Shown: positions 9,977 to 20,569 of the stretch, one piece after another
Layout: the number at the start of each line of letters is the position of its first letter
Position numbering within the stretch: the first letter of the stretch is position 1
Assembly (NCBI GenBank): GCA_009859145.1
Contig: VRVR01000009.1
Coordinates: 355,468-419,467, forward strand
From: Andalucia godoyi And28
Lineage: Eukaryota; Protista; Jakobida
Reading direction: 5' to 3'
Length of the DNA stretch: 64,000 nucleotides
The notes under the pieces: model-generated
What the model was told of the DNA's origin: nothing
What the model saw: the letters and a program-made list of their open reading frames with translations, nothing else
Database searches by the model: none
Made by a program: the position numbers and the translations under genes

Positions 9977-12900
9977 ATGCGACTCCTAGTTTACGTTCTG
10001 CTGCTTGCGCTGTTCGAGCTTGGAACGATTGCGCGCGCTGTAAGCAATTTCAATGCTGCCATCCATGTTGTTACGCAGGAGGCTTTCCGGCGGTCTCCTG
10101 GTGAAGGTGCACCGTACATTGCAGACGCCATGAAGTCGCTGTCTTCAGTTCACTTTCCGGACATCCACGGAGAGAAATGCGGCAGCACAGAGTATATCGT
10201 GTATGGAGCGCAAGCAACAGTGACCCCGACTTTGGACATGTCGTCCATTAACATCGACATTGTCCCAGACGGCATTCATGCAACGGGAGTTGGAAGTGCA
10301 CATGTCGAAGTGCCCCTGCGGTATGTGTACATCACGGGCCACACCTTCGACCACCATTGTTTAATCCACAAGGTGGTTTGCGATTCCGTTCCTGTGTTTG
10401 TGGACGTGAATCCAATCACGCTGGATGCGCATCTTCAGCTGTCACTCGACACCACCGCCAACGTCATTCGAGTCAATCCTGTAGTTTCTGTCAACACGGG
10501 GGCCGCCAGAGTGGATCTTTCGCGATGCAGCTCTGGTGGCTCTTTGGTGGACGACGTGGTTCGCTCTATTCTCGCAGGACTGCAGCACCAGATAAGCGAT
10601 TTGGTCACGTCAGCGCTGCAGCAGAGTGTGAATGACTACATTGCGTCGCTTGCCAGTATGCAAGTCACCACGCCCCAAGTCTTCGCGCCATTTTCGAACG
10701 CGTTCATCGCTCTGAACTACACAGGCCTTGTGATTGTCGCGAACAGTCACGTTCAAGTCACAGCCTCGATGAATCTAACCGCAACAACGCCAGAGGGAAG
10801 GAATGTGACGTGGAATGGCGTGCGTCCGGAGGAAGCGCTTCGGTATCCCCCGGCTGATTTCCAACCAGTCAGTCCCGATGGCCGCTACATGCTGGAGAAT
10901 CTGAATCGGCAATCGTCGACGATCATCGAGGGCCTGTTTTGGACAATGACGGAGTCGGGGGCGTTCATGTTTGCGTGCAACGTCACGGTGCTGGACGCCC
11001 GCATCGAGTTCAACATGTCGATGTCGCAGCCCGTCGCGTCGATTCCGGGAAACGGCAACTTGAGTCTTTGGGTGGACTCCGGGCGAGTCATGTCCACTTG
11101 CGGGAAAGCCCCGGTCGGCGACACCATGCCGTGCATCCAAATTGCATTCCAGGATCTCTCGCTGTTCGGGCATCTGGAGTCTTCGGGGACCACGTCGCCA
11201 GAGTATGTATTCGTGGTGGATGGCCTGGACATGTCAAGAATCAGCATTCAGCTTATTGCACCTCCTCTTCCGCTGCCTCTGTCGCTCATCACGGACATGT
11301 TGCGATCACTGGTCCGCCATTCCATCGGGCCCATGAACAGCGCACTCAGGAACTACACGGTGAACCTTGCTCCGGGCGTTCGTCCGTTCCTGCCGCATCC
11401 CGTTGTCTCCCTTGTGAGCTATGGCGATGGCACTGGGGAAGGCTACACTGAGTTCTTGTCCGCTTGCAGCGTGTCGAAGGATGATCCGTATCCGTGCTCC
11501 GTCAGATCAGACGCAGTGCCTCGCCTTGTTTCCTGGCCTCCCACCGCGCCTGCAGCTGGTCACTCGATCGACTTGCAACGCGACGAGCACGCAGTCCGCA
11601 ACGAGCACGCAGTCCGCAACTCGAGCTTTCCGAACACCGTTGGAATTCTGGTGTTTGGAAGCATGATGCGCGGCGTGGGAAACCCCACTTGCTCCATGAA
11701 CCACGAGGGAGATCGACTCTTGTCGTTGGCGATCAACGTCACGGGCGGAAGCTGTGCGGTTGCTTCGCATGCCCCTCAAACCGCATCCTACTATTCTCTC
11801 TCTTCGGTGACGTCCTCGGATGGCGACATCCGAATGGCAGCGCGGTTCTTGTGTGCAGACTCTGCATGCACCGACTGTGCTGTGGAGGTCCATGATGCAC
11901 CTCCGCAGTCGTGTGTGCAGTCTGTCAGCAAGCCTGCACTCAGCGTTTTGCTGGTGCCGAGTAGCGAAGGCTGCCTCGGTCCTGCAATGCTGCCTCCAAT
12001 GCCACCAGACGCGTTTCTGATTGTGGAACAGACCCCCGATGGAGATGAGTTTACACCAACGCTCTGGGCCATCACTCGTGTGGACTACACCACCAATGCC
12101 AGCGTCAGCGTGTGCAAGTCGTTTGACGAAGACCCGTTTCTTTCTGCACCGTTCGCTGTCCCCGGCCACTTTATGATCTCTGGCCGCTCGCTGCTGGACC
12201 TTGATTGCTCGCCGTCGTGTGCAGATTGCTCCGTGCAACTGTCGTTTGACCAAGCCGAGCCAGTGCTCGTGCAGAATAAGCTGCTGCAACTGTGGACGTT
12301 TGATTTTCTCTCCAGCTGCAGTGCTCCCAACATCCATCCTGCACACTCTGGTCGGGACGATGCTGATTCAAAAGTCATCGTGATCGCTGTGGTGTGTATC
12401 GTCATCATCGTTATCGTCATTGCTGCGGGGCTGGTGGTGCTCGGCATCCGGATGCGAAGGCGAAAGCGCCGAGATCAGTCGCAACCTCGAGGCAATGTCA
12501 ATGACCAGTCTCCGCTCATTCGCGGAGAGCCGAACTCGTCTGTCAAACGCGACTGTTCTGCATGCCTGCCGCAGGTGACGATGCCTTGGAACGTTGGAGC
12601 AACAACAGCAGCAGCAGCAGCAGCACCTGTGCACCGGAGGAGCGAGGAAGCGCTACCTCGAAGAATCCCTTGCTTCTTCAAACCACGGCGGCCTACTACA
12701 GAGGAAGTGCGTCTGTATGGGATGGCACTCGCGATTGTGATCATCGCGGCTTGCTTGATGGCGTACACGCTTGCTTCTGCGACGAATCCGCTGCAGAAGC
12801 TGTCCGTCGCATCTCTTCGCCAGCACGTTTCTGGGCCCGATTTCTTCGACCTGGCTGCGCTGGACCGCGTCATTCGGACTTGGGTTCTGGTGGTAGACGG

Positions 12901-14944
12901 CACGCTTGGGAGCATGTTTGCCTTGCTGCTGCTGCTTGTCTGTTGGAAGCTGTGCACGGGAATGCCACACAAGTTTCTGCACATGCTGTCCTGTCTGCGA
13001 AATCACAGCGCACTGTGTCTCGCGTCTGTGGTTCTTGTCTTTGTTGCTCCTTTGGTCTATGTTTCTTTTCGGAGCTTGGCAAAAATCAATCCGAGTGCGT
13101 TTGGGTCCGCGGTGGCAGATTCGCAGGACGCAACCTCGTTCTTGTCCTTGCTTACGGGGTTTGTGTTTGCGGGTGCCCTATTCGGGAATGTCTGCATCAT
13201 ATTGCTCTTCGTATTCCGGTCGATTCAGCTTGCTGTTCATGTTTCGCTGGTTGGCATCGTGTCGTTCCGCCTCTCGCTGCCGCGCTCCGGAACGTTCTTT
13301 GCAAATGTGATGGCGGGTCTTGCTCTTTCCCACGTGTTTTGCATCATGGCGGAAACCCTGCCGCTGATGCTGTTCTACCAAACCTCTGGGTGCCCCACCG
13401 ACTTTGCCTCGGCTTGGATTTTCATGTGGTGCACGGACGCTGTGGCATCCACGCATCTCTATCTAGAGCTGAAGCGACTGCATCACAACCGTGAGTACCG
13501 TGCTGGTGCGCTGTCCAAATTGCCGGTGCTTCTGTTTTGGACCCTCCATCTGAATGCGTTTGTTGTGGCTGCCGTTGATGGGTATGTGGTGTACCAGGGA
13601 ATGGTGCTGTATGCTCGTCTGTCTCTGGATGTTGCGTTCCTGGTCCTTCTGTGTCTGGTTGTGGTTCTGCTGACTGTGTTCAGCATTCTATGTGCCTTTT
13701 TCGTCCCCGACAGCTTCGTGTCTCTCAAGCATCTTGCCTGGTGGCTGACATTCGTTGCTACATTCGCGCTCCGCCTTCCTCTCCTTCTCATCGACGGTTT
13801 GATTGGCGGCATTGTGCGCATTGCCGGCAAGGTGAAGTCCTCGCGCGCGGCTGGGATTGCGGACCGCTACGCCGGATTGTGGGCGTGGCTTGTGGAGAAG
13901 TTTGAGAATTCACGGCCGCGTGTGTTTGGCAGACGGACAGTCGGCAGGCGGCCGTTTCTGCTGATTGGCACGGTCTTCTTGGGTGTGGTGGTGCTCAAGT
14001 TTCAAAAGGATCGAGTGTACGGGCCGTCGACGTCCGCGAATGTCCGCACTTGGCTCAACCGTCAGAATCTCGGCTTCACGTGGCCGCCTTCGCGCATGAC
14101 ATGCGACGACGCATGCGATGCTGTGGATGCCGGCTTCATGCTGCAGTTCATTCTTGAGGGTGTTGCCTTTGGGTGCTTTGGATTCTCCGTACTGACGGAC
14201 GTGCTGGGGAGCAACGAAGGCTTTTTCCCTCTGGTGTTGCATTACATGAGCGTTGTCTCGTCGTTTGCAGGAACGGCCATGCTGTTTGGATCCATCATTC
14301 CGATCTGGCTGCCAGACTACTTTGCGCTGTGCGGGGTCGCTTCGCTGCTTCCACAGTGCGCACCGCTCTTTACAGACTTTGTGGACACGTTCCTGCGAGG
14401 GATTGTGGGGCTCGGGCTGAGCACGCTGTTCACGATGGCCATCGGCCCGCTGCTGTTCTTTGTCGGCCCCGCACTCATGCGCGTCTGTGCTTATGGAAGA
14501 ACCGGGATGGGCTCGAGCAATGTTAATGGTGATGGCAATGGCAATGGCAATGGTGCTGGGGCCAGTTCGTTTTTCACAGGAATCTTCATCGGAGCGTCCA
14601 TCCTGACTCCGTTGCTTTGTGTGCTGCCGATGGCCCTGTTTCAGCAGCTTGCAGGTGATTCCGTGTCGGGAGCCGTGTTCGTCGCCTTTCTTGTTCTTTC
14701 TCCCCTGATTGGGTCCATGTTCCGGTTCGACGACGCTCGTCCCATGTCGGTGCTGTATCTGTGGGTGCTCATGTTGCTGTCCCTCATCACGGTGCTGATC
14801 GTGCATTTCAGCTGGTGGGACGAGATTCAAGGCTACATGAAGTCGGGGGAATTCTACTGCGAGTTCTTTGCAGAATTTTTCCTCTCCAATGTGGCGTTCG
14901 GGGATCTTTTGATGTTGTGTGCTTCCTTCTTTCTTGAATCATAA
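9977..14944 (+). CDS. Signal peptide, BPI/LBP (TULIP)-like domains, Cys-containing ectodomain, then polytopic membrane region
   Basis: MRLLVYVLLLALFELGTIARA signal peptide. BPI-like helix/strand pattern ends ...ITDMLRSLVRHSIGPMNSALRNYTVNLAP. TM VIVIAVVCIVIIVIVIAAGLVVLGI plus RMRRRKRR is followed by roughly 14-16 further hydrophobic segments. Confidence 0.8.
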   Translation: MRLLVYVLLLALFELGTIARAVSNFNAAIHVVTQEAFRRSPGEGAPYIADAMKSLSSVHFPDIHGEKCGSTEYIVYGAQATVTPTLDMSSINIDIVPDGIHATGVGSAHVEVPLRYVYITGHTFDHHCLIHKVVCDSVPVFVDVNPITLDAHLQLSLDTTANVIRVNPVVSVNTGAARVDLSRCSSGGSLVDDVVRSILAGLQHQISDLVTSALQQSVNDYIASLASMQVTTPQVFAPFSNAFIALNYTGLVIVANSHVQVTASMNLTATTPEGRNVTWNGVRPEEALRYPPADFQPVSPDGRYMLENLNRQSSTIIEGLFWTMTESGAFMFACNVTVLDARIEFNMSMSQPVASIPGNGNLSLWVDSGRVMSTCGKAPVGDTMPCIQIAFQDLSLFGHLESSGTTSPEYVFVVDGLDMSRISIQLIAPPLPLPLSLITDMLRSLVRHSIGPMNSALRNYTVNLAPGVRPFLPHPVVSLVSYGDGTGEGYTEFLSACSVSKDDPYPCSVRSDAVPRLVSWPPTAPAAGHSIDLQRDEHAVRNEHAVRNSSFPNTVGILVFGSMMRGVGNPTCSMNHEGDRLLSLAINVTGGSCAVASHAPQTASYYSLSSVTSSDGDIRMAARFLCADSACTDCAVEVHDAPPQSCVQSVSKPALSVLLVPSSEGCLGPAMLPPMPPDAFLIVEQTPDGDEFTPTLWAITRVDYTTNASVSVCKSFDEDPFLSAPFAVPGHFMISGRSLLDLDCSPSCADCSVQLSFDQAEPVLVQNKLLQLWTFDFLSSCSAPNIHPAHSGRDDADSKVIVIAVVCIVIIVIVIAAGLVVLGIRMRRRKRRDQSQPRGNVNDQSPLIRGEPNSSVKRDCSACLPQVTMPWNVGATTAAAAAAPVHRRSEEALPRRIPCFFKPRRPTTEEVRLYGMALAIVIIAACLMAYTLASATNPLQKLSVASLRQHVSGPDFFDLAALDRVIRTWVLVVDGTLGSMFALLLLLVCWKLCTGMPHKFLHMLSCLRNHSALCLASVVLVFVAPLVYVSFRSLAKINPSAFGSAVADSQDATSFLSLLTGFVFAGALFGNVCIILLFVFRSIQLAVHVSLVGIVSFRLSLPRSGTFFANVMAGLALSHVFCIMAETLPLMLFYQTSGCPTDFASAWIFMWCTDAVASTHLYLELKRLHHNREYRAGALSKLPVLLFWTLHLNAFVVAAVDGYVVYQGMVLYARLSLDVAFLVLLCLVVVLLTVFSILCAFFVPDSFVSLKHLAWWLTFVATFALRLPLLLIDGLIGGIVRIAGKVKSSRAAGIADRYAGLWAWLVEKFENSRPRVFGRRTVGRRPFLLIGTVFLGVVVLKFQKDRVYGPSTSANVRTWLNRQNLGFTWPPSRMTCDDACDAVDAGFMLQFILEGVAFGCFGFSVLTDVLGSNEGFFPLVLHYMSVVSSFAGTAMLFGSIIPIWLPDYFALCGVASLLPQCAPLFTDFVDTFLRGIVGLGLSTLFTMAIGPLLFFVGPALMRVCAYGRTGMGSSNVNGDGNGNGNGAGASSFFTGIFIGASILTPLLCVLPMALFQQLAGDSVSGAVFVAFLVLSPLIGSMFRFDDARPMSVLYLWVLMLLSLITVLIVHFSWWDEIQGYMKSGEFYCEFFAEFFLSNVAFGDLLMLCASFFLES

Positions 14945-15096
14945 ATGTTTGCAGTTTTTGTTTTCTTCGCGTGCTTGTGCAGGAATGCAGCAGTCTTCAA
15001 AACCAAAGGGGGACAACAAAAAACCACCACCAGGAGGGATGCCGCGATGCTTTTCAATCTTTGCGCTGGACGTCTTGGTTTTTTATGCTTGCCTTT

Positions 15097-16713
15097 TCAG
15101 AGTCCCTGGGATTGCTTCCACTTTGCGATTTCTGAGGAAACTTCAGTCCGAATGACGGCATCCGCAATCACGTTGAAGGAGATTGAAGGAAGTTCGTTCA
15201 CGGCGGTTGCTGGAACACCCACAAAATGCTTGCTGCCGTCCCATGACAGGCTGATTTTCCCGTACGAAGGCCAGTCTCTGATCAGATGGTGACCGATCCC
15301 GACGAACGGAATGATGTTCCAGGCGGCAAATGATTTCAGCTGGGAAACAACGCGGTCAACATATGCATTCACTTCGTTCTCTGACTGCTTCATTCTCTGA
15401 TTCATCTGTCCGTTGAACAACTGCTCCTGCTTCTGGAAGCTCTCGATGAATTGAAGGAGGCAGGCCTTGTCTTTCTGCAGGCTCTGCGTCTCGGCGTGCT
15501 GCGTGGAAATGACCGTTTTCTTCTCCTGCAATTTCTCCTTCAGAGAGCGTTCAGAATCTTCCAGCTTTCGCTTTGCGCTCTCCAGCTTGCCAACATCCGC
15601 TTGCAGCTGTTCCTTTTCCCGCATCAGCATCTCACCCACGCCACGCAGCCGTGCCACCTCAGCTCGCTGTCTTTCCAGCTCGTCTGTTTGGCGTGCCGAT
15701 GTGGATTCGCCGTCCATGAGCTGCTGTGCCAGACGACGGACTTCCTGCTCCAGGCGCTGAATGGTTTCCCGAAGCGACGCTTGTCGCTCCACGGCGACAC
15801 TGCACTCAACTTGCCTCTCATGAATTTGCGAGTGGAGATCGCGATTTTCTTCCTCCAGTGCCTCGTGAGCGCTTTGCAGGGTTCTCAAGGCTGCATCGCA
15901 ATGGCGTAGATCCTTTTCGAGCCCATCTGCCGTTTTTTGCAGAACGCGTTTCTCCGCAGAATACTTGTGGACCGTCAAGGATAAGCTGTCGCACTCCTCA
16001 CGCTTCTTTTCCAGTTGTGTGTTGAGCTCCCGCACCATTTCAAACCTTGTCGAGAGGAGCAGGTTGTCGTGGCATGCAGTCTTGAAGCTACTCTGCATTG
16101 TCCGGAATGCACTATCAAAGACATGGTGGTTCTTTTTCACGTACTCCTGGGCCCGCGCGTCGTCATCCAAGATGTTGGCTTCTGGAAGAGTTTCGACAAA
16201 GAACGATGCGACGAGATTCTCAGCCAGAACTCCAGGATTTGCACCGATTCGGACCCGCAAGTCTTCGAGATGCTTTGGCACGTTGAGTCCTTGATCAAAC
16301 CGCAGAAAGACAATGATTGGCATGTCTGGATTGAGGGCCGCCAAGGTTCGGGCGATGAGGGCATCTTCTGGGTCGATGCGAGGAACCCCGGACATGAACC
16401 ATATGCATCCATGGTAGGTTTCCGAAAGCTGCGCAATCTCTCGGATGGAGGCATCGGATTTTGAGCCGGCGAACCCTGGAATGGACACGAAAATGTTTCC
16501 TTCGATTGATCCTCTGGCGGTTGCGTGAGCCGGGTCGTGTGCTTCGTGATCCGTACAGGGTAGCTCCATCAATCCGCAACAAGAGCGGATGAACAATGAC
16601 TTTCCGAGACCCTCCTTTCCAACCACGAGAATCCGAAGACCAGAGAGAGGCTGCAGCAGGCCTTGCAGCTGGACATTGTTCCTAGAAAAAACTCGTTCCA
16701 ATGACGATAGCAT
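15097..16713 (-). CDS. P-loop GTPase (AIG1/GIMAP/Toc34-like G domain) with long coiled coil
   Basis: ATG at 16713 (MLSSLERV). Walker A ILVVGKEGLGKS, degenerate G3 SIPGF, about 230 aa of heptad E/Q/L/K-rich coil, and C-terminal hydrophobic AWNIIPFVGIG. Confidence 0.75.
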   Translation of the reverse strand: MLSSLERVFSRNNVQLQGLLQPLSGLRILVVGKEGLGKSLFIRSCCGLMELPCTDHEAHDPAHATARGSIEGNIFVSIPGFAGSKSDASIREIAQLSETYHGCIWFMSGVPRIDPEDALIARTLAALNPDMPIIVFLRFDQGLNVPKHLEDLRVRIGANPGVLAENLVASFFVETLPEANILDDDARAQEYVKKNHHVFDSAFRTMQSSFKTACHDNLLLSTRFEMVRELNTQLEKKREECDSLSLTVHKYSAEKRVLQKTADGLEKDLRHCDAALRTLQSAHEALEEENRDLHSQIHERQVECSVAVERQASLRETIQRLEQEVRRLAQQLMDGESTSARQTDELERQRAEVARLRGVGEMLMREKEQLQADVGKLESAKRKLEDSERSLKEKLQEKKTVISTQHAETQSLQKDKACLLQFIESFQKQEQLFNGQMNQRMKQSENEVNAYVDRVVSQLKSFAAWNIIPFVGIGHHLIRDWPSYGKISLSWDGSKHFVGVPATAVNELPSISFNVIADAVIRTEVSSEIAKWKQSQGL

Positions 16714-17067
16714 GAGACGTCGTTGTGCGCTTCGCGACGAACAAAAAGTGCACAGCCCAACCAAACAAAAAACAAAAATCAATGTCGGGATTTTCTTCCG
16801 GTCTTGGCGAATTTTCGAAACAAGCGAAAAGCCCCGAATATCCATAAAAGGAAAAATCGGAACGCGGATCGCGGACCCCGGAGGGTCAAATTTTGTACTT
16901 TTATACCCTGCAACCTCTGAGTTTCCCCCCTTTCCTTTCCTTTTTTTCTTTTTTTTCTTCATCTTTTTTTCTTCCCTTCATATCCATCGTCTCCATTGTC
17001 TTCTTCCTTCATTCTCAACAACCAACTTGATTTTCGTTTGCACCCCCAAACTCCAGATACAAGCGGC

Positions 17068-20000
17068 ATGTTGCGGCCGTACACGAAGCCTTTTGGAACG
17101 TTTGGTCCCGTGGATACGGGCCAGCACCGCACGCGGCAGTTTTCCGTCTCTGACAGTGCTGCCACTCGCGCCGCCCTGAAAAGCGAATGGATCCGAAAAG
17201 GAACTGGCTCGTCTTTCCTGCGCGAGGTTCCTGATACTCAACGCATCCAAAAATTCCTCGACGATTCTCACAAGCGACTTCACAAACAGTGCCAGGAAAC
17301 CGTCACAACGTGGTGTCCGGAACCGTACGTTCCGCTGCAGTCTCCACCGGCGGCTGGAGGGCGCATTAAGAGGCTGTCAGAGGTCCCCTTGCCGCCTACC
17401 AACAAGGACTTGCCGCAGCTGAGCGACGTTGAATTCTGCCGAGTCATACAGAGCCTCCTGGAATCTGGACGTCCAAAGGAATTGATCGAATGCATGAAAG
17501 AAATTGACGCCTTCGCACTGCGCGGAGCCTTGGGTGTCGATCCCACGCACTTTGAGCAGGATATGAAAATTGTCGGTCGTGTCCAGTGTGCGCTTGCCCG
17601 ATTTGGTGACCTAATGCATCTGAAGAAAATGGACTTGGATCACTGGATCGTGGTTTGCGGCTTTGAATCGAGCGGAAAGACAACGCTGCTGTCTGCGTTG
17701 CTCGGGTTTCCGGCTGGCGTTACGTGTGCGAACACAGCCACACGATGCCCGATCATGTTTTATCTGTCGGTGGACGAGAAATGCCAGGAAACGATGTTCC
17801 GAATCCATCACTGGGAAGGCAACTTCCAGGATCCCAACTGCGCGATGTCCAGAGAAGGCACGTGGACGCCGATCGCAAAATTGCTGGACGAGCTTCAACG
17901 TCACACAGAGAATGTGAGAAAGGAGTGCACCCCAAAGGATGAAGGGCTCACCGTGCGGTCCCTCAAAGTGGAGATCAAGTCCCACTATCTTCCTTTCACC
18001 GGAGTCGTCGTCGATACTCCAGGGCTGAAAATTGCTGGTGGTGGAAACGGCAAGAATGCAGCGAACACGGAAATGTTCCTCAATGCATTCAATGACCAGA
18101 TCACGTCCATCATCCAGACATACATCCAGGACCGCGTTGCTCGCGACAAGAACTCTGTCACCATCATCTCCGTAACCAATGGATCGCAGCCGAATGCTGA
18201 AAACTTCTACACCGGACGTCTTCGAAAACTTGTTCCCAACATCGACGACCGAGTCGTCGAAGTGTTCACTCGGCTGGACACTGGTCTTTCTCTGCGGCCC
18301 CTTGCCGCGCCCAACAACCAGAACGGCAGTGCGTTCGCAACTCTGCAAGAGCAGGAGTTCGTGCTATTTGACGTCAACGATGCGCAGGAATTCGATCGAA
18401 TTCTTCTCAACATGTTTGGCGCTGCAATGACGACGATCCGCGATGCGGCTCGCTTTACGCCGCACTGTGTGTACGAGCGAAAGGCTCCGGTGTGCCTTCG
18501 TGGAGTGGAGAAACTGTGCAAGGATTTCTCCCACATGAGCCACAAGCAATTCTGTGACAAGATGGACAAGGTTGTTTGCCACCATTGCACGGAACTAGCT
18601 TCCATGACCAAAGGCTTGCTCCATCGTGACATGCTGCCTAATTTTGCCGAGATCATGAGGCTGTTCAGCGCCGGCGAACAGAAATTCGATGTGGACGAAT
18701 TCTTCTCTTTTGCGCGGCTCCCATGGATGCTGCTTCGGGATATGGTGCATTCAACAGTTGCAACCATCCAGCGCGCGTTTCCGAATGGCGTGAAGGAATA
18801 CGTGCTGCAGCTGATTGACGAGCGTGGGATGAAGATCGGAGCGCAGGTTGCCCAGAATGAGAATCGCAGCCTCCACACCCGCTTCCAAAATCTGAGCACC
18901 GCGCTTGTCGAAATTGTCCGTGCTGCACTTTGCAGCAGCTCGCAGATTGTGAACGAGGTGCCCACGATTCTAGTACTGGATCTGCTCTCCGGCTGCCCGG
19001 TCTTCAACGACGTGTGGAAGGTATTTCCGCTGCAGATGCACGTCGACAATGACCTGCGCTGCAGTTCTCAGCCAGATACGCGGACACTGGAGCACTGTCT
19101 TTCCGTTGCGAATCTGCAGCTCACCCTGCCAGAAGGCGACAAAGGAGCGTTCTTCAACGTCGATCATCCTGAGGATCATGTCTTGCGGTATGCCAACTCG
19201 TGGCAGCTGATGATGTGGATTGTGGATCGCTGCCTGGAATATTTTGCGCGCTGCACCCTGGAGATCGCCCACGGGAGAGAGAGGGTGTTTGCTGGAAACC
19301 TTGGGCTGATTCCGATGCAAACGCATGGATTCATGGTTGCGGCTGCAGTCCGCGGTGCAGCCTCCAAGAGCATGTCCGTGGTCTACGACGTGCTGCTGGT
19401 GTACATGCGTGTCGCTCTGATTCAGGTGGTGAACGAACTGTGCAACATATCCACGTTTCTCGGGAGAATCACGGTGAAAAGCGCGGAAATGTCGGACGCA
19501 TCTTTCCTTTCCGTCTTGTGGTGGCGCCTCCGCATGTCTTTGATTCACGCAATCGATGACATCTTCCGAGACCTCCACAAGTATGTACGCTCATGGACGT
19601 TTGATGACGTGCGCGAGGAGCAGGCTCGACGAAGAAAGCAGGGCGAGGTAGCCGAGGCCTTGCGCCAATACGCGGACGTTGCGCTACAGGCCGGAGGCTT
19701 GGGCGGCGTTCCAGATGCGCCACCTGCGTGCCCACCCACGTCGTGTGTCGGCGGGGCGGACACCGGTATGTCAGCCATGCACTCCGGCCCGTTGCAGGGA
19801 AATGCTGTTTGGGATGTCATCCTGCGATGCATCACTGGACTCACGAATGCATGCAACGAAGAGCTGTGGACGAAGCAACTTGCAGAGATGTTCAAAATCA
19901 CGCTTCGGCAGGCACAACTGCAGATTCACGAGCATTTTGGGCACACGATTCGGTCAAGGCTGCATGATGTGTTTCTCGCGGACCCGTTTCAAAATCTCGG

Positions 20001-20271
20001 AGGTGACAGGTGTCAGAGATCTGTTGCTCATCTCAATTACATGTACGCCAAGTTCGACATTGTGCGGCATCGGTACGTGGATCCTTTCGCAGCATCACAC
20101 AAGCCTTTGAGTGCAAATTCGGAAGAGAATCAAGAAGTGTTTCAATTCGGACCTTATGGCGATGATCTGGAAGAGTTTCTGCGATCCGTCATCCCGTCAA
20201 GCCTGGACGGCCTAATCCTCGATGAATGTGCTGACCAGCTCGCAGAAGCCACCGTGATGTTTGCCGGATGA
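17068..20271 (+). CDS. Dynamin-superfamily GTPase
   Basis: G1 VVCGFESSGKTT, G2 ATRCP, G3 VVDTPG, G4 FTRLD, followed by a long helical stalk. First ATG is at 17068. Confidence 0.85.
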   Translation: MLRPYTKPFGTFGPVDTGQHRTRQFSVSDSAATRAALKSEWIRKGTGSSFLREVPDTQRIQKFLDDSHKRLHKQCQETVTTWCPEPYVPLQSPPAAGGRIKRLSEVPLPPTNKDLPQLSDVEFCRVIQSLLESGRPKELIECMKEIDAFALRGALGVDPTHFEQDMKIVGRVQCALARFGDLMHLKKMDLDHWIVVCGFESSGKTTLLSALLGFPAGVTCANTATRCPIMFYLSVDEKCQETMFRIHHWEGNFQDPNCAMSREGTWTPIAKLLDELQRHTENVRKECTPKDEGLTVRSLKVEIKSHYLPFTGVVVDTPGLKIAGGGNGKNAANTEMFLNAFNDQITSIIQTYIQDRVARDKNSVTIISVTNGSQPNAENFYTGRLRKLVPNIDDRVVEVFTRLDTGLSLRPLAAPNNQNGSAFATLQEQEFVLFDVNDAQEFDRILLNMFGAAMTTIRDAARFTPHCVYERKAPVCLRGVEKLCKDFSHMSHKQFCDKMDKVVCHHCTELASMTKGLLHRDMLPNFAEIMRLFSAGEQKFDVDEFFSFARLPWMLLRDMVHSTVATIQRAFPNGVKEYVLQLIDERGMKIGAQVAQNENRSLHTRFQNLSTALVEIVRAALCSSSQIVNEVPTILVLDLLSGCPVFNDVWKVFPLQMHVDNDLRCSSQPDTRTLEHCLSVANLQLTLPEGDKGAFFNVDHPEDHVLRYANSWQLMMWIVDRCLEYFARCTLEIAHGRERVFAGNLGLIPMQTHGFMVAAAVRGAASKSMSVVYDVLLVYMRVALIQVVNELCNISTFLGRITVKSAEMSDASFLSVLWWRLRMSLIHAIDDIFRDLHKYVRSWTFDDVREEQARRRKQGEVAEALRQYADVALQAGGLGGVPDAPPACPPTSCVGGADTGMSAMHSGPLQGNAVWDVILRCITGLTNACNEELWTKQLAEMFKITLRQAQLQIHEHFGHTIRSRLHDVFLADPFQNLGGDRCQRSVAHLNYMYAKFDIVRHRYVDPFAASHKPLSANSEENQEVFQFGPYGDDLEEFLRSVIPSSLDGLILDECADQLAEATVMFAG

Positions 20272-20569
20272 AGTCATCGAGGTGGCGTTTCGGTGCCGAA
20301 TCTGATGTAACCACTTTATGTGCGTGTCCTGTCTTTTCTTCGATAAAAAGTGTCTATGGATGTTCCTTTCCCCACCCTTAAGTAATCAGTAGAAGGTCCG
20401 GCGATGAACTCCAAGTCCTCAAGCAGCTGCGTTTTTTTGTGGTTTTGCGCCATTTTCATCTGCAGCAGCAACGAACGCCTAGCAAAAAGTCGGGTGCAAA
20501 AAGTTGGTTGTCCTTGCAGGTTCTGAAGCCACCGAAAAAAGTGCCCTTCCAGTCAGCGACTGAATCACT

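Noticed and set aside
11582-11620. 18-nt tandem duplication (DEHAVR/NEHAVR) in the BPI-like gene
   Set aside because: An in-frame slippage duplication in a linker, with no sign of further structure.
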